Numbered from the stretch's first letter, positions 51,922 through 62,084 are shown. The stretch is 64,000 nt of DNA from Clostridiales bacterium (GCA_022791685.1 JAAVZO010000021.1:93716-157715); one strand, 5' to 3'. Numbers and translations: made by a program. Notes: generated by a model not told the origin, from the letters alone.

Positions 51922-53265
51922 ATGAAAGATAAAATAAAAGTCGGTTTTGTATCGCTCGGCTGCCCGAAGAATCAGCTTGATACTGAGGTCATGCTGCACG
52001 AGCTGTACGATGCCGGATTTGAGATAGTGTCTGAGGATATCGACGCAGATGTTATCGTAGTCAATACTTGTGCTTTTATCGAGAGTGCAAAGCAGGAGTC
52101 GATAGATAATATTATTGACGTTGGCTGGTTGAAGAAAAATCGCACGCTTAAGGCTATCATTGTGACTGGATGTCTTGCGGAGCGCTATCGTGACGCTATT
52201 TTTGATGAGCTTCCTGAGGTAGACGCAGTTCTTGGCGTAGGTAGTATACATAATATAGTTGAAGCTGTTAAAAAGGCTGCTGCTGGTGAGCGCTATTCAT
52301 CATATGAAGATAAGAACGATGTTGAGCTCGGCGGCGAGCGTATCATTACCACCCCTGAATATTTCGCTTATTTGAAGGTAGCTGAGGGCTGCGACAATCG
52401 CTGCACCTACTGCGCTATTCCGTCGATACGCGGTAAATTCCGCAGCCGTCCGATGGAGGAGCTGATAGAGGAAGCAAAGACTCTTGAAGCACTCGGAGTG
52501 AAGGAATTATGCGTAATCGCTCAGGATACGACCCGATATGGACTTGACCTGTACGGAGAATATAAGCTTGCTGAGCTGCTCAACCGTATTACCGAGGAGA
52601 CCTCGATACCGTGGATACGTATTTTATATTGCTATCCGGACAAGATAACTGATGAGCTTATCGACACCATGAAGAATAATCCACGCGTACTTAAATATAT
52701 CGACCTTCCGATCCAGCATATCTCGGACAATATGCTGCGTGCTATGAATCGCCACGGCGACGGCGCACTCATTCGTTCGGTCGTCAAGAAGCTGCGTGAC
52801 AATGTACCGGGTATTGTTATCCGTACAACGGTTATCGTCGGTTTCCCTGGCGAGACAGAGGAGGATTTCGTCGAGCTCTGCGAATATGTCAAGGAAGCTC
52901 GATTTGACCGTCTCGGAGCGTTTACGTATTCCCGCGAGGAGAACACGCCTGCGTATGATTTCGATGATCAGATCGATGAGCAGGTGAAGCAGGACCGCTG
53001 CGATATAATTATGGCGGAGCAGGGAAATATCAGCGCTGAACTTAACGAGCTTAGAATCGGACAGACGCTTGATGTGCTCTGTGAAGGATATGACCCTGTA
53101 TCAGAGACATACTATGGCAGAAGTGAATATGATGCGGCTGAGATCGATGGTAAGGTTTACTTCCGTGCGCCAAAGAACAGCGTTGAAGACGGCGAGATGG
53201 TACGTGTACATATCACGGAAGCTATTGATTACGACCTTATCGGCGATATAGTAAAGGAGAAGTAA
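51922..53265 (+). CDS. rimO: Ribosomal protein S12 methylthiotransferase
   Basis: SLGCPKN, NTCAFI, GCDNRCTYCAIP radical SAM motif, TRAM domain. Confidence 0.96.
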   Translation: MKDKIKVGFVSLGCPKNQLDTEVMLHELYDAGFEIVSEDIDADVIVVNTCAFIESAKQESIDNIIDVGWLKKNRTLKAIIVTGCLAERYRDAIFDELPEVDAVLGVGSIHNIVEAVKKAAAGERYSSYEDKNDVELGGERIITTPEYFAYLKVAEGCDNRCTYCAIPSIRGKFRSRPMEELIEEAKTLEALGVKELCVIAQDTTRYGLDLYGEYKLAELLNRITEETSIPWIRILYCYPDKITDELIDTMKNNPRVLKYIDLPIQHISDNMLRAMNRHGDGALIRSVVKKLRDNVPGIVIRTTVIVGFPGETEEDFVELCEYVKEARFDRLGAFTYSREENTPAYDFDDQIDEQVKQDRCDIIMAEQGNISAELNELRIGQTLDVLCEGYDPVSETYYGRSEYDAAEIDGKVYFRAPKNSVEDGEMVRVHITEAIDYDLIGDIVKEK

Positions 53266-53266
53266 G

Positions 53267-53854
53267 ATGAATCTACCAAATAAGCTCTCGCTGGCGCGGG
53301 TCATAATGGTTCCGCTGTTTGTTGCGGTTATCGTGCTGCCTGAGTCGCTCGTTCCCGATACGTGGTCACGTATACTCGGCGCGGCGATATTCATTCTAAC
53401 TTCATTTACCGATATGCTCGACGGTATGATAGCGCGTAAGTGTAACATGATCACCGATTTCGGAAAGTTTATCGACCCTCTCGCGGATAAGTTTATGGTG
53501 TTCGGCGCTATGCTGGCAATACTGTATAAGTTCGATTATCTGCGTCCGGTATTCATCTGGGTAGCGCTTATCGTAATTTTCCGTGAGTTGGCAGTCACAT
53601 CAATGCGAATGATTGTTGCAAGTAATGCTGGAGTAGTAGTTGCAGCGGCATGGCTCGGCAAGGTAAAAACGGTAACTCAGATAATCTGCATCGTTGTAAT
53701 TCTGCTCGAACCGGTCATTATTCCTGAAACAGCGGCTATATACAGCTGGCACTTATTCTCATGGATAACTATGGCGGTTATGACAATCATGACGATATGG
53801 TCGGGTGTCAACTATATGAAGGCATATTGGAAATTCCTTGACCCGACAAAATAA
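53267..53854 (+). CDS. pgsA: CDP-diacylglycerol--glycerol-3-phosphate 3-phosphatidyltransferase
   Basis: MNLPN, TD.LDG.IAR, FGKF.DPLADK. Confidence 0.96.
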   Translation: MNLPNKLSLARVIMVPLFVAVIVLPESLVPDTWSRILGAAIFILTSFTDMLDGMIARKCNMITDFGKFIDPLADKFMVFGAMLAILYKFDYLRPVFIWVALIVIFRELAVTSMRMIVASNAGVVVAAAWLGKVKTVTQIICIVVILLEPVIIPETAAIYSWHLFSWITMAVMTIMTIWSGVNYMKAYWKFLDPTK

Positions 53855-53870
53855 GATTTTGTTAAAATAA

Positions 53871-53913
53871 AAATACAGCAGTATGTCAATAATTCTGACA
53901 TACTGCTGTATTT
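53871..53913. terminator. Bidirectional terminator
   Basis: AAATACAGCAGTATGTCA / TGACATACTGCTGTATTT. Confidence 0.85.
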
Positions 53914-53923
53914 GATTTATAGG

Positions 53924-55399
53924 TTATTCAATTTCTGAGTATTTTTCGATAGCACTTTCAAGTTTTTGTCTTATTGTGCTCATTTTACCGGCTACTGTTG
54001 AAACCAGATTGTCAGGAGAAGTATATTGTTCCCCAGTTGTGAACATCATACGCGGATATGCTTCACCAAATAACTGCATATGGAAGAAGTCGATATTCAG
54101 TGTTGCACCGTCACGAATTATAGTCAGCATTTCCTTGATGTCGTCATCGCGGGAATATTTTTCCTTGAGCGCTACCTCATAGTATTTCGGAGTTACATCC
54201 ATATAGCTATAGTAGCAGAGCGCTTCCATTACCTTTGAGGTGAGTGGAATATCTCTTGCAGTTTTCGGTACAAGGAATACAGATATCGAAGTTCCGAGCG
54301 AAGAAAGATATTTATCCTGCTCTTTATCATATTTAGGCATTGGAACGATTCCGAAGTCATCATTCATGTCACGTATCATTTCAGTCATTTTGAGGAAGTT
54401 TATCATCAGTGCAAATCTTCCTTCACCGAAGTATGTTCCGGTGTCATATGTCTGAGAGTCGTGTGTATTGAGTGATACTACATTATCATTACTGTATACA
54501 AAGTTGTAGAGCTTTTCATATACCGATATATACTTTTCGGTAAGATCGTTTGCTGTGATCACGCCGTTGTTATCCTTCGAATATGCGGAAACATCAGTGC
54601 CAATTGACAATTTTTCAAGTACGATACGCTCAGCTACAGTTCCCATTTCATCGGTCTTATAGTCGTATACTCCATCTCCGCCGTCATTTCCAGTCGCAGT
54701 TCCGAGTTCTATCATCTTGTCGAGAGTCCAATCTCCGCTGCGAACGAGATCATATGGATTTTCAAGACCATAGTTGTCGAAAATTCGCTTGTTGAAGTAT
54801 ACAACTCCGAGTTCTTTGTATACAGTAAGTGAAGCATCGCCGACGAATTCGAACAGCTTGTCCTCGATAGCAAATCTATCGTACATATCTTGGATCCACC
54901 ACGGGTTGTCAAAGTTGCAGTATTCAAGGTCTCTGCCTTCGACATAGTAGCCTTCCTGAGTTGAAGTTGCTAAAGCAGGAAGCAGTCCTGATATAAGGTC
55001 ATATTCGCCATTATCTGAAAGGATATCGTTGGTTATCGTGTTTATAAATGTCGCTCTTTGATCCCAGTGACCGTCTATTACAACAAAATTAAAGTCAATA
55101 CCGAGCAGTTCCTCGACAGCTTGGTTGCGGTTAAATATCGCATCGTCAACTATATCTCCGGTTTGTTCAACGTCATATTCATACCGTGCATGAGTTGGCA
55201 GCAGGATAGTAAATTCTTTTCCGTCGTTGTCTTCCTTTTGAATTGCGAGCTTGGGAGAGTCATCGACAATTTCGTCAGTTGTGCTTAAATCAGACGAGGA
55301 GTCGTCCGGGGGGGGGTTATCTGCAGAAGTGTCACCACAGGCTGCGGCCGAGGTGAGCATTGCTGCCAGCAGCAAAATAGATAGAATACGCTTAGACAT
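53924..55399 (-). CDS. Extracellular solute-binding lipoprotein (ABC family 1-like), no adjacent permease
   Basis: Lipobox AAAC, RN..VE..LG, YFNK, G.WTLDK, FGIVPMPK; SD GGAGG before ATG 55399. Confidence 0.82.
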   Translation of the reverse strand: MSKRILSILLLAAMLTSAAACGDTSADNPPPDDSSSDLSTTDEIVDDSPKLAIQKEDNDGKEFTILLPTHARYEYDVEQTGDIVDDAIFNRNQAVEELLGIDFNFVVIDGHWDQRATFINTITNDILSDNGEYDLISGLLPALATSTQEGYYVEGRDLEYCNFDNPWWIQDMYDRFAIEDKLFEFVGDASLTVYKELGVVYFNKRIFDNYGLENPYDLVRSGDWTLDKMIELGTATGNDGGDGVYDYKTDEMGTVAERIVLEKLSIGTDVSAYSKDNNGVITANDLTEKYISVYEKLYNFVYSNDNVVSLNTHDSQTYDTGTYFGEGRFALMINFLKMTEMIRDMNDDFGIVPMPKYDKEQDKYLSSLGTSISVFLVPKTARDIPLTSKVMEALCYYSYMDVTPKYYEVALKEKYSRDDDIKEMLTIIRDGATLNIDFFHMQLFGEAYPRMMFTTGEQYTSPDNLVSTVAGKMSTIRQKLESAIEKYSEIE

Positions 55400-55561
55400 A
55401 TATAATACCTCCATATATTTTCATAATATAAGTATATCATATATAGGAGATTAAATCTACAAAAATATTCGGAAGAATATCATAAATGTTTTGATTTTCA
55501 CATTTATTATTGACAAATATCTATTTGCTTGGTATAATTTATTTGAGGTGGAGGCATATAT

Positions 55562-56335
55562 ATGAAACTTAATGATAATAATGAATTATTTCACATTGGT
55601 CTTAAACGAAATGAAGGTGCGCGGCTTGCGATAATCTGTGGAGACCCAGAGCGTGTAAAATCGATAGCGCAGCTGATGGATGAGCCGATGCCGCTTGCTG
55701 TCAGGCGTGAGTATACATCATATACGGCGAAGCTTGACGGCGAGCGAGTCATCATTATCTCACATGGAATCGGAGGACCATCGACTGCTATCTGCGTTGA
55801 GGAATTGAAGATGTTGGGAGTGGAGACGATCATTCGTGTAGGTACGTGCGGCGGAATGGCGATGAAGGTATGTGCTGAAGATGTTGTCATTGCACAGGCG
55901 GCGATTCGTGCTGAGGGAACGTCGCGTGAATATCTGCCGATCGAATTTCCGGCAGCAGCGGACTTTGATGTGACAAGTGCGCTTGTCAGTGCGGCTGAGA
56001 AGCTTGGTAAGGCGTATCATGTGGGTGTCGTTCACTGTAAGGATTCGTTCTACGGTCAGCATTCTCCGGCGAGAATGCCAGTTGCAGATGAATTGCAGAC
56101 GAAATGGAAGGCATGGATTTCCGGAGGTGCGCTCGCGTCGGAAATGGAAACGGCGTCGCTGTTTTGTGTTGCGTCGACTCTTGGTATTCGTGCGGGTGCG
56201 GTGCTGCGTGCGATATGGAATCAGGAGCGTGCGAATGCGAGTATGATTGATGAGGTTGAGGCGGACGAATTGGCTGCGGCGCGTATTGCGGTTGAGGCGG
56301 GACGGAGTTTGTTGAAACAATTACCACATAAGTAA
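55562..56335 (+). CDS. udp: Uridine phosphorylase (PNP/UDP family)
   Basis: GDPERV, REY, GIGGPSTAI, RVGTCG, KDSFYGQ, EME. Confidence 0.9.
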   Translation: MKLNDNNELFHIGLKRNEGARLAIICGDPERVKSIAQLMDEPMPLAVRREYTSYTAKLDGERVIIISHGIGGPSTAICVEELKMLGVETIIRVGTCGGMAMKVCAEDVVIAQAAIRAEGTSREYLPIEFPAAADFDVTSALVSAAEKLGKAYHVGVVHCKDSFYGQHSPARMPVADELQTKWKAWISGGALASEMETASLFCVASTLGIRAGAVLRAIWNQERANASMIDEVEADELAAARIAVEAGRSLLKQLPHK

Positions 56336-56442
56336 AAAAGTCGATTTTGTCAAGCGGAATATTGACACTATATAAAACAAATACTAAAACCACAGCAGAG
56401 ATAAAGTTTGTGGTTTTAGTATTATATTTAAGGGGTGTTATT

Positions 56443-56820
56443 ATGCTTGAAGAAATTACATTATCAGTATCAACATTTCTGTTTCTCATTTGCAGTCTCA
56501 TAATCGGCAGTCTTGCGCCGTCTACTCCAGCAGAACAAGATATGCCGAGTGAGAGTATTATTGAGTATGCAGACGAGATCGAGTGTATGGTGGGTGTAGA
56601 TACGGCAGTTCCAGAACGATTCAGTATTGTTGGTGTTTGGCAGTGCTTTGACTGCACATATGAATTTACGAAATCGGGTACGCTTATTGTTGGTGATAAG
56701 ACTATGCGGTATCAATTACACGGTGATGAGCTGATAATTGACGGCGCTGCATATCCGTTTGAAGCAGTGAATTCTAAGGTTATAAAAATTGATAATCGGA
56801 CGCTGTATCGTGTGAAATGA
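56443..56820 (+). CDS. Hypothetical exported protein with small beta-rich domain
   Basis: N-terminal hydrophobic helix; IVGVW...YEFTKSG; ATG after AAGGGG. Confidence 0.65.
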   Translation: MLEEITLSVSTFLFLICSLIIGSLAPSTPAEQDMPSESIIEYADEIECMVGVDTAVPERFSIVGVWQCFDCTYEFTKSGTLIVGDKTMRYQLHGDELIIDGAAYPFEAVNSKVIKIDNRTLYRVK

Positions 56821-56845
56821 CGAAAAATAAAATCGCGCACAGGTC

Positions 56846-56874
56846 TTGACAATCTGCGCGCGATGTGCTATAAT
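56846..56874 (+). promoter_or_regulatory. Consensus sigma-A promoter of putative antitoxin RNA
   Basis: TTGACA-17-TATAAT with extended TG; no plus-strand ORF downstream. Confidence 0.85.
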
Positions 56875-56880
56875 ATATAC

Positions 56881-56974
56881 AAGACGATTGCCATTGACGG
56901 TGGCGGTCGTTCCGGAATAAATTAGCAAATGAAGGAAACGCCGCTTCTACCGCTTAGGAGCGGTTATTTCTTTC
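56881..56974 (+). ncRNA. Putative type I antitoxin RNA (about 95 nt)
   Basis: Lies between the perfect promoter and hairpin CCGCTTCT..AGGAGCGG + TTATTTCTTT; antisense to the toxin 3' UTR. Confidence 0.65.
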
Positions 56975-56977
56975 TGA

Positions 56978-57076
56978 TTACTTTTTTCTGTTGAAAATAG
57001 TAACAATCAGATTGATAACTTCAATGATAACGATGCAAAAAGACAGAAATGCCTGAATCATATCGGCAGATATCAT
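56978..57076 (-). CDS. Putative type I toxin, small hydrophobic holin-like peptide (32 aa)
   Basis: MISADMIQAFLSFCIVIIEVINLIVTIFNRKK; SD AAAGGTGGTGA; single TM plus basic tail. Confidence 0.8.
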   Translation of the reverse strand: MISADMIQAFLSFCIVIIEVINLIVTIFNRKK

Positions 57077-57134
57077 TGATGTCACCACCTTTCGATGGAA
57101 CAACCCTCGTCTTGCGAAATATATAGCATGGATT

Positions 57135-57163
57135 ATTATATCATATTTTGTCTAATATGTCAA
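57135..57163 (-). promoter_or_regulatory. Consensus sigma-A promoter of putative toxin
   Basis: Minus strand TTGACA-17-TATAAT with extended TG. Confidence 0.85.
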
Positions 57164-57171
57164 TAGAAAAC

Positions 57172-57203
57172 AACCCCTCCAACGTTTATACGTTGGAGGG
57201 GTT
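57172..57203 (-). terminator. Intrinsic terminator of nifJ
   Basis: AACCCCTCCAACG / CGTTGGAGGGGTT followed by GTTTT on the minus strand. Confidence 0.85.
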
Positions 57204-57222
57204 ACTTATGCAATTATATCAA

Positions 57223-60200
57223 TTACTGTTCATCGGGTGCGTAGAGAGCTGCGAATTTCTGGAGTCTCTCATACTTAGCCTTGGCATTTTCCTCAGCCTT
57301 GTTGAAGAGCTGCTCAGCACGCTCCGGGAACGCAAGTGCGAGACGGCTGTAACGAGTCTCAGACTTGATGAAGTCAACGTAGCTTGCGCTCGGTGCCTTA
57401 GAGTCGAGAGTGAAGGGGTTCTTACCCTCAGCCTTAAGTGCCGGGTTGAAGCGGAACATCTGCCAGTAGCCAGCCTCAACTGCACGCTTCATCTCAGACT
57501 GGCAGTTAGTCATACCGCCCTTAACACCGTGCATTTCGCAAGGTGCGTAGCCGATGATGATGGAAGGTCCATGATATGCCTCAGCCTCGGTCATAGCCTT
57601 AATGGTCTGGTTCATATCAGCGCCCATTGCGATCTGTGCTACATATACATAGCCGTAGGACATAGCGATCTCAGCGAGATTCTTCTTGCCGATAGCCTTA
57701 CCTGCTGCTGCGAACTGTGCGACCTGACCGATGTTGGAAGCCTTCGAAGCCTGTCCGCCGGTGTTGGAGTAAACTTCGGTATCGAATACCATGATGTTTA
57801 CGTCCTCGCCAGAAGCGATTACGTGGTCGAGACCGCCGAATCCGATATCATATGCCCAGCCGTCGCCGCCGAATATCCATACGGACTTCTTAGCGAGGTA
57901 ATCCTTCTCAGAGAGGATATCCTTAGCAACAGGGCAGCCTGCAGCAGCGGCCTTTTCGAGCTCAACGATGAGAGCGTCAGCAGCTGCGCTGTTGGTGTTT
58001 CCATCGTCCTTAGTATCAAGGAATGCCTTAGCAGCAGCCTTGAACTCATCGGAAGACTTGTCAGAGTTCATGCACTCTTCGACCTTAGCGATGAGACGAG
58101 CACGGATAGCCTTCTGACCAAGGTAAATACCGAGACCATGCTCAGCGTTATCCTCGAACAGCGAGTTAGCCCATGCCGGACCCTTGCCGGTGTCGCGGTT
58201 TACGGTGTAAGGAGTTGCCGGTGCAGAACCGCCCCAAATGGACGAGCATCCGGTTGCATTCGAGATATACATTCTCTCGCCGAAGAGCTGAGTGATCAGA
58301 CGAGCGTAAGAGGTCTCAGCACAGCCTGCGCAAGAGCCCGAGAATTCAAGCAGCGGCTGCTCGAACTGGCTTCCCTTGACAGAGGTCTTTGCGAACGGAA
58401 CGTCCTTCTTCGAAACCTTTGCTACGCAGTAATCGAATGCGTCCTGCTGAGCAGCTTCCTGCTCCTGCGGAACCATCTGAAGTGCCTTGGTCTTTGCGGG
58501 GCAAACGCCTACGCAGAGTCCGCAGCCCATGCAGTCGAGTGGGCTTACCGATACGGTAAACTTCATGCCGTCAAGTCCCTTACCGATAGTCTTCGGAGCA
58601 AACTTAGTAGCTTCCGGAGCTTCAGCAACTTCCTGCTCATTGAGGAGGAACGGACGGATGGTAGCATGAGGACATACATACGAGCACTGGTTACACTGGA
58701 TGCAGTTTTCAGGGATCCAAGTAGGAACAGTTACAGCAACGCCGCGCTTTTCGTAAGCAGCTGCGCCCTGCGGGAATGTACCGTCAACGTGGTCAACGAA
58801 CTTAGATACAGGCAGCGAGTCGCCGTTCATCTTCGATACTGGGATAACGATATCGTTTACGAACTTAACGAGCTCAGGACGCTTGCCGGTAGCCTTTTCG
58901 CCCTCTGCGTCAGCGTTTACAGACTTCCAAGAATCCGGAACGTCGATCTTAACGAGTGCGTTTACACCAGCGTCGATAGCGTTGTAGTTCATCTGTACGA
59001 CTGCGTCGCCCTTCTTAGCGTAGGACTTCTTAGCCATGTACTTCATGTACTCAACAGCCTGATCGATAGGCATGATATTAGCGAGAGCGAAGAATGCAGA
59101 CTGAAGAATGGTATTGGTGCGCTTGCCCATACCGATTTCGATAGCCTTGTCAATAGCGTTTACAGTGTAGAACTGAATATTATTGTCAGCGATGTACTTC
59201 TTGCACTCAGCGGGGAGGTGCTTGTCCAGCTCCTCAGGAGTCCACTGGCAGTTGAGCATGAAGATACCGCCCGGCTTAACGTCGTTTACGATCTTGAAGC
59301 CCTTCAGGATGTAGGACGGATTGTGGCAGGCAACGAAGTCAGCCTTAGTGATGTAGTACGGGCTCTTGATCGGGTTGTCGCCAAAACGCAGGTGCGAGAT
59401 GGTTACGCCGCCGGTCTTCTTCGAGTCGTACTGGAAGTATGCCTGGATATACTTATCAGTGTGGTCACCGATAATCTTGATGGAGTTCTTGTTTGCACCG
59501 ACAGTACCGTCGCCGCCGAGACCCCAGAACTTGCAGGAGATAGTACCCTTTGCAGCGGTGTCAGGAGCGGGCTTTTCCTCAAGGGAGAGACCGGTGACAT
59601 CGTCGACGATACCGATAGTGAAGTTGTTCTTCGGAGCGTCCTGTGCGAGATTCTCATATACTGCAAAAATGGAGGAAGGAGGAGTATCCTTCGAACCGAG
59701 ACCGTAACGACCGCCAACGATGTCAGCCTTAACGCCCTTAGAAGCAAGTGCGGTAACAACATCGAGGTAGAGCGGCTCGCCGAGAGCGCCGGGTTCCTTG
59801 GTTCTGTCAAGAACGGCGATCTTCTTAGCGGTTGCAGGGATAGCTTCAACGAGCTTGTCTGCAACGAACGGACGATAAAGTCTTACCTTAACGAGACCGA
59901 CCTTCTCGCCTGCTGCGAGCATGTAGTCGATAACTTCTTCTGCAACGTCGCAGATGGAGCCCATAGCGATGATAACACGATCAGCATCCGGTGCGCCGTA
60001 GTAGTTGAAGAGCTTGTAATCTGTACCGATCTTAGCGTTGACCTGATTCATGTAATCTTCAACGATAGCCGGGAGTTCGTCATAGTATCTGTTGCAAGCT
60101 TCGCGGTGCTGGAAGAAGATATCTCCGTTTTCAGCCGAGCCGCGGAGTACAGGGTGCTCAGGGTTGAGCGAACGTGCTCTGAATGCAGCGATAGCGTCCT

Positions 60201-60795
60201 TGTCGACCATTTCGTCGAGATCCTTGTAATCCCATACAGAGATCTTCTGGATCTCGTGAGAGGTACGGAAGCCGTCGAAGAAGTTGATGAACGGAACACG
60301 ACCCTTGATGGTCGAGAGGTGAGCGACAGCACCGAGGTCCATAACCTCCTGAGGGTTGGTTTCAGCGAGCATAGCGAAACCGGTCTGACGGCACGCATAT
60401 ACGTCGGAGTGGTCACCAAAGATGTTCAGCGCGTGAGAAGCTACGCAGCGCGCAGAAACGTGGATTACGCAGGGAAGCAGCTCACCTGCGATCTTGTACA
60501 TATTCGGGATCATGAGAAGCAGACCCTGAGAAGCGGTGTAGGTGGTAGTGAGCGCACCAGCAGCGAGCGAACCGTGAACGGTACCCGCAGCACCAGCCTC
60601 GGACTGCATTTCCATGACTCTTACGTTCTCACCGAAAATATTCTTAAGTCCTGTAGCAGACCAAGTATCGGTGAGCTCCGCCATAACACTGGACGGAGTA
60701 ATAGGGTAAATGGCGGCAACTTCGGTAAACGCGTACGATACGTGCGCGGCAGCCGTGTTACCATCCATGGAAACCTTTTTTCTTTCGATTGCCAT
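57223..60795 (-). CDS. nifJ: Pyruvate:ferredoxin (flavodoxin) oxidoreductase
   Basis: MDGNTAAAH, YPITPSS, QSEAGAAG, two CxxCxxCxxxCP, GCSSIW, GGDGWAYDIG. Confidence 0.98.
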   Translation of the reverse strand: MAIERKKVSMDGNTAAAHVSYAFTEVAAIYPITPSSVMAELTDTWSATGLKNIFGENVRVMEMQSEAGAAGTVHGSLAAGALTTTYTASQGLLLMIPNMYKIAGELLPCVIHVSARCVASHALNIFGDHSDVYACRQTGFAMLAETNPQEVMDLGAVAHLSTIKGRVPFINFFDGFRTSHEIQKISVWDYKDLDEMVDKDAIAAFRARSLNPEHPVLRGSAENGDIFFQHREACNRYYDELPAIVEDYMNQVNAKIGTDYKLFNYYGAPDADRVIIAMGSICDVAEEVIDYMLAAGEKVGLVKVRLYRPFVADKLVEAIPATAKKIAVLDRTKEPGALGEPLYLDVVTALASKGVKADIVGGRYGLGSKDTPPSSIFAVYENLAQDAPKNNFTIGIVDDVTGLSLEEKPAPDTAAKGTISCKFWGLGGDGTVGANKNSIKIIGDHTDKYIQAYFQYDSKKTGGVTISHLRFGDNPIKSPYYITKADFVACHNPSYILKGFKIVNDVKPGGIFMLNCQWTPEELDKHLPAECKKYIADNNIQFYTVNAIDKAIEIGMGKRTNTILQSAFFALANIMPIDQAVEYMKYMAKKSYAKKGDAVVQMNYNAIDAGVNALVKIDVPDSWKSVNADAEGEKATGKRPELVKFVNDIVIPVSKMNGDSLPVSKFVDHVDGTFPQGAAAYEKRGVAVTVPTWIPENCIQCNQCSYVCPHATIRPFLLNEQEVAEAPEATKFAPKTIGKGLDGMKFTVSVSPLDCMGCGLCVGVCPAKTKALQMVPQEQEAAQQDAFDYCVAKVSKKDVPFAKTSVKGSQFEQPLLEFSGSCAGCAETSYARLITQLFGERMYISNATGCSSIWGGSAPATPYTVNRDTGKGPAWANSLFEDNAEHGLGIYLGQKAIRARLIAKVEECMNSDKSSDEFKAAAKAFLDTKDDGNTNSAAADALIVELEKAAAAGCPVAKDILSEKDYLAKKSVWIFGGDGWAYDIGFGGLDHVIASGEDVNIMVFDTEVYSNTGGQASKASNIGQVAQFAAAGKAIGKKNLAEIAMSYGYVYVAQIAMGADMNQTIKAMTEAEAYHGPSIIIGYAPCEMHGVKGGMTNCQSEMKRAVEAGYWQMFRFNPALKAEGKNPFTLDSKAPSASYVDFIKSETRYSRLALAFPERAEQLFNKAEENAKAKYERLQKFAALYAPDEQ

Positions 60796-61061
60796 GTTGT
60801 GGAAATCCTCCTGTATATAAATAAAATTTTGACATTATCAGCATATGGACGTATCCGTGATAAACGCCATTATCTCGTGCGATGGCTCGCCGAAATAGTG
60901 CCGTTTCTGACACAAAAACGCCACAATAATATTATATATCTTTTCGGCGAAAATGTAAAGGCTTAAAATGATAAAACTTATGAATTTTTTCGAAAAAAAT
61001 TTGTAAACATGGCTGTCAGGCTTGATTTTGTGCTAATTTTTGTAAATATCAGAGTCGAAAA

Positions 61062-62084
61062 TCACCCTTTTCCATTTATCCATGCAAATCTGCGTATCGC
61101 TTTTTCACGTCCGGCGGGAGTTTCAATTGAGAATATCGCACTCAGCTGCCCTCTCATTCTTTCGAGCAGCTTTTGCAGATAGCGTTCATTTGCTCGTGCC
61201 TCTAACTTGTGAATCACATTCAGCGCACTGTAATACGCTTCATCGCTGCTGATATCACGCTGTGCGAGAGTACGTGCGTTTTCAGCTGACAGTGGTACTG
61301 CCGGCTCACGTCTGCCAGACATCAGTGATAGTATTGCCTGCTCGAATACGAGCTGACCAAGATTTATAGGTACTCCGGTTGCGCTTGATATTTCGCGTGC
61401 ACAGCGCTTCCAGAGTGCGTCAAGACTATCGCCATCGAAGCTATTCACGAACTGATTCTCAACTTGCAGCTCATCAAGCATGTGCAGCAGTCCGCCGATT
61501 CCGCATACTGATTTATTTACTGTCGGCATTGGATAGCTGACGTGGGTGAAGTTTCGCTTTGCGTCGAAATATACGTCGTATGAATGTATCAGTTCGGCTA
61601 TAGTGGCGTTCAGCAGCCTATTGTACTCAATGCACGGCGCTTTTATCCGGCTGCGCTTGACGGCTCGCAGCTGCGATAGGGCTTTTAGCATTAGCTCGCG
61701 ATTGAGGCGGATACCGGCGTGCTGCAATGCTTCTATTGATTCGAACGTCGCCGATTGATCACCAAACAGCTGTAATATTGCTTTATCAGTTGGTATTCTT
61801 GACAACACAAGGTCAGTACTGTAAAGTATTGAGCCCAGCAGCATTACAGCGGTTGAATTTTCGACTGAGCTCGATTCGCCGTCGGTATATGCCTTTATCA
61901 TATCGGCGAGCCGGTCGAATATGCGCAGCTCAAAGTCGTTGTATTGTTCAGCTGTACAGAGTCCGACGCGCTGTGCTTCGGCGGCAAGAGAGAGGGTATA
62001 GTTCGCTTTGTCTATGCGGGTATTGTCGATAATTCCTGATGTAATTTCGTTATGATCATAATTCGTTATCTGCATATTCTCCAT
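61062..62084 (-). CDS. Conserved hypothetical protein (DUF6179-like)
   Basis: YTDGESSSV...A..LL.SI.Y recalled from that family; SD GGAGGAGG before ATG 62084. Confidence 0.6.
   Translation of the reverse strand: MENMQITNYDHNEITSGIIDNTRIDKANYTLSLAAEAQRVGLCTAEQYNDFELRIFDRLADMIKAYTDGESSSVENSTAVMLLGSILYSTDLVLSRIPTDKAILQLFGDQSATFESIEALQHAGIRLNRELMLKALSQLRAVKRSRIKAPCIEYNRLLNATIAELIHSYDVYFDAKRNFTHVSYPMPTVNKSVCGIGGLLHMLDELQVENQFVNSFDGDSLDALWKRCAREISSATGVPINLGQLVFEQAILSLMSGRREPAVPLSAENARTLAQRDISSDEAYYSALNVIHKLEARANERYLQKLLERMRGQLSAIFSIETPAGREKAIRRFAWINGKG

Noticed and set aside
55760-56657. Long minus-strand ORFs over udp
   Set aside because: Result of the G/T-skewed udp sequence; udp is clearly the real gene
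57148-60966. 1272-aa plus-strand ORF
   Set aside because: Codon-aligned antisense shadow of nifJ; strong codon bias in highly expressed genes removes antisense stops; no motifs or SD
60978-60995. Rex-like operator TTATGAA-N4-TTCGAAA upstream of nifJ
   Set aside because: Three mismatches to TTGTGAA-N4-TTCACAA in AT-rich DNA; plausible but not supportable by eye
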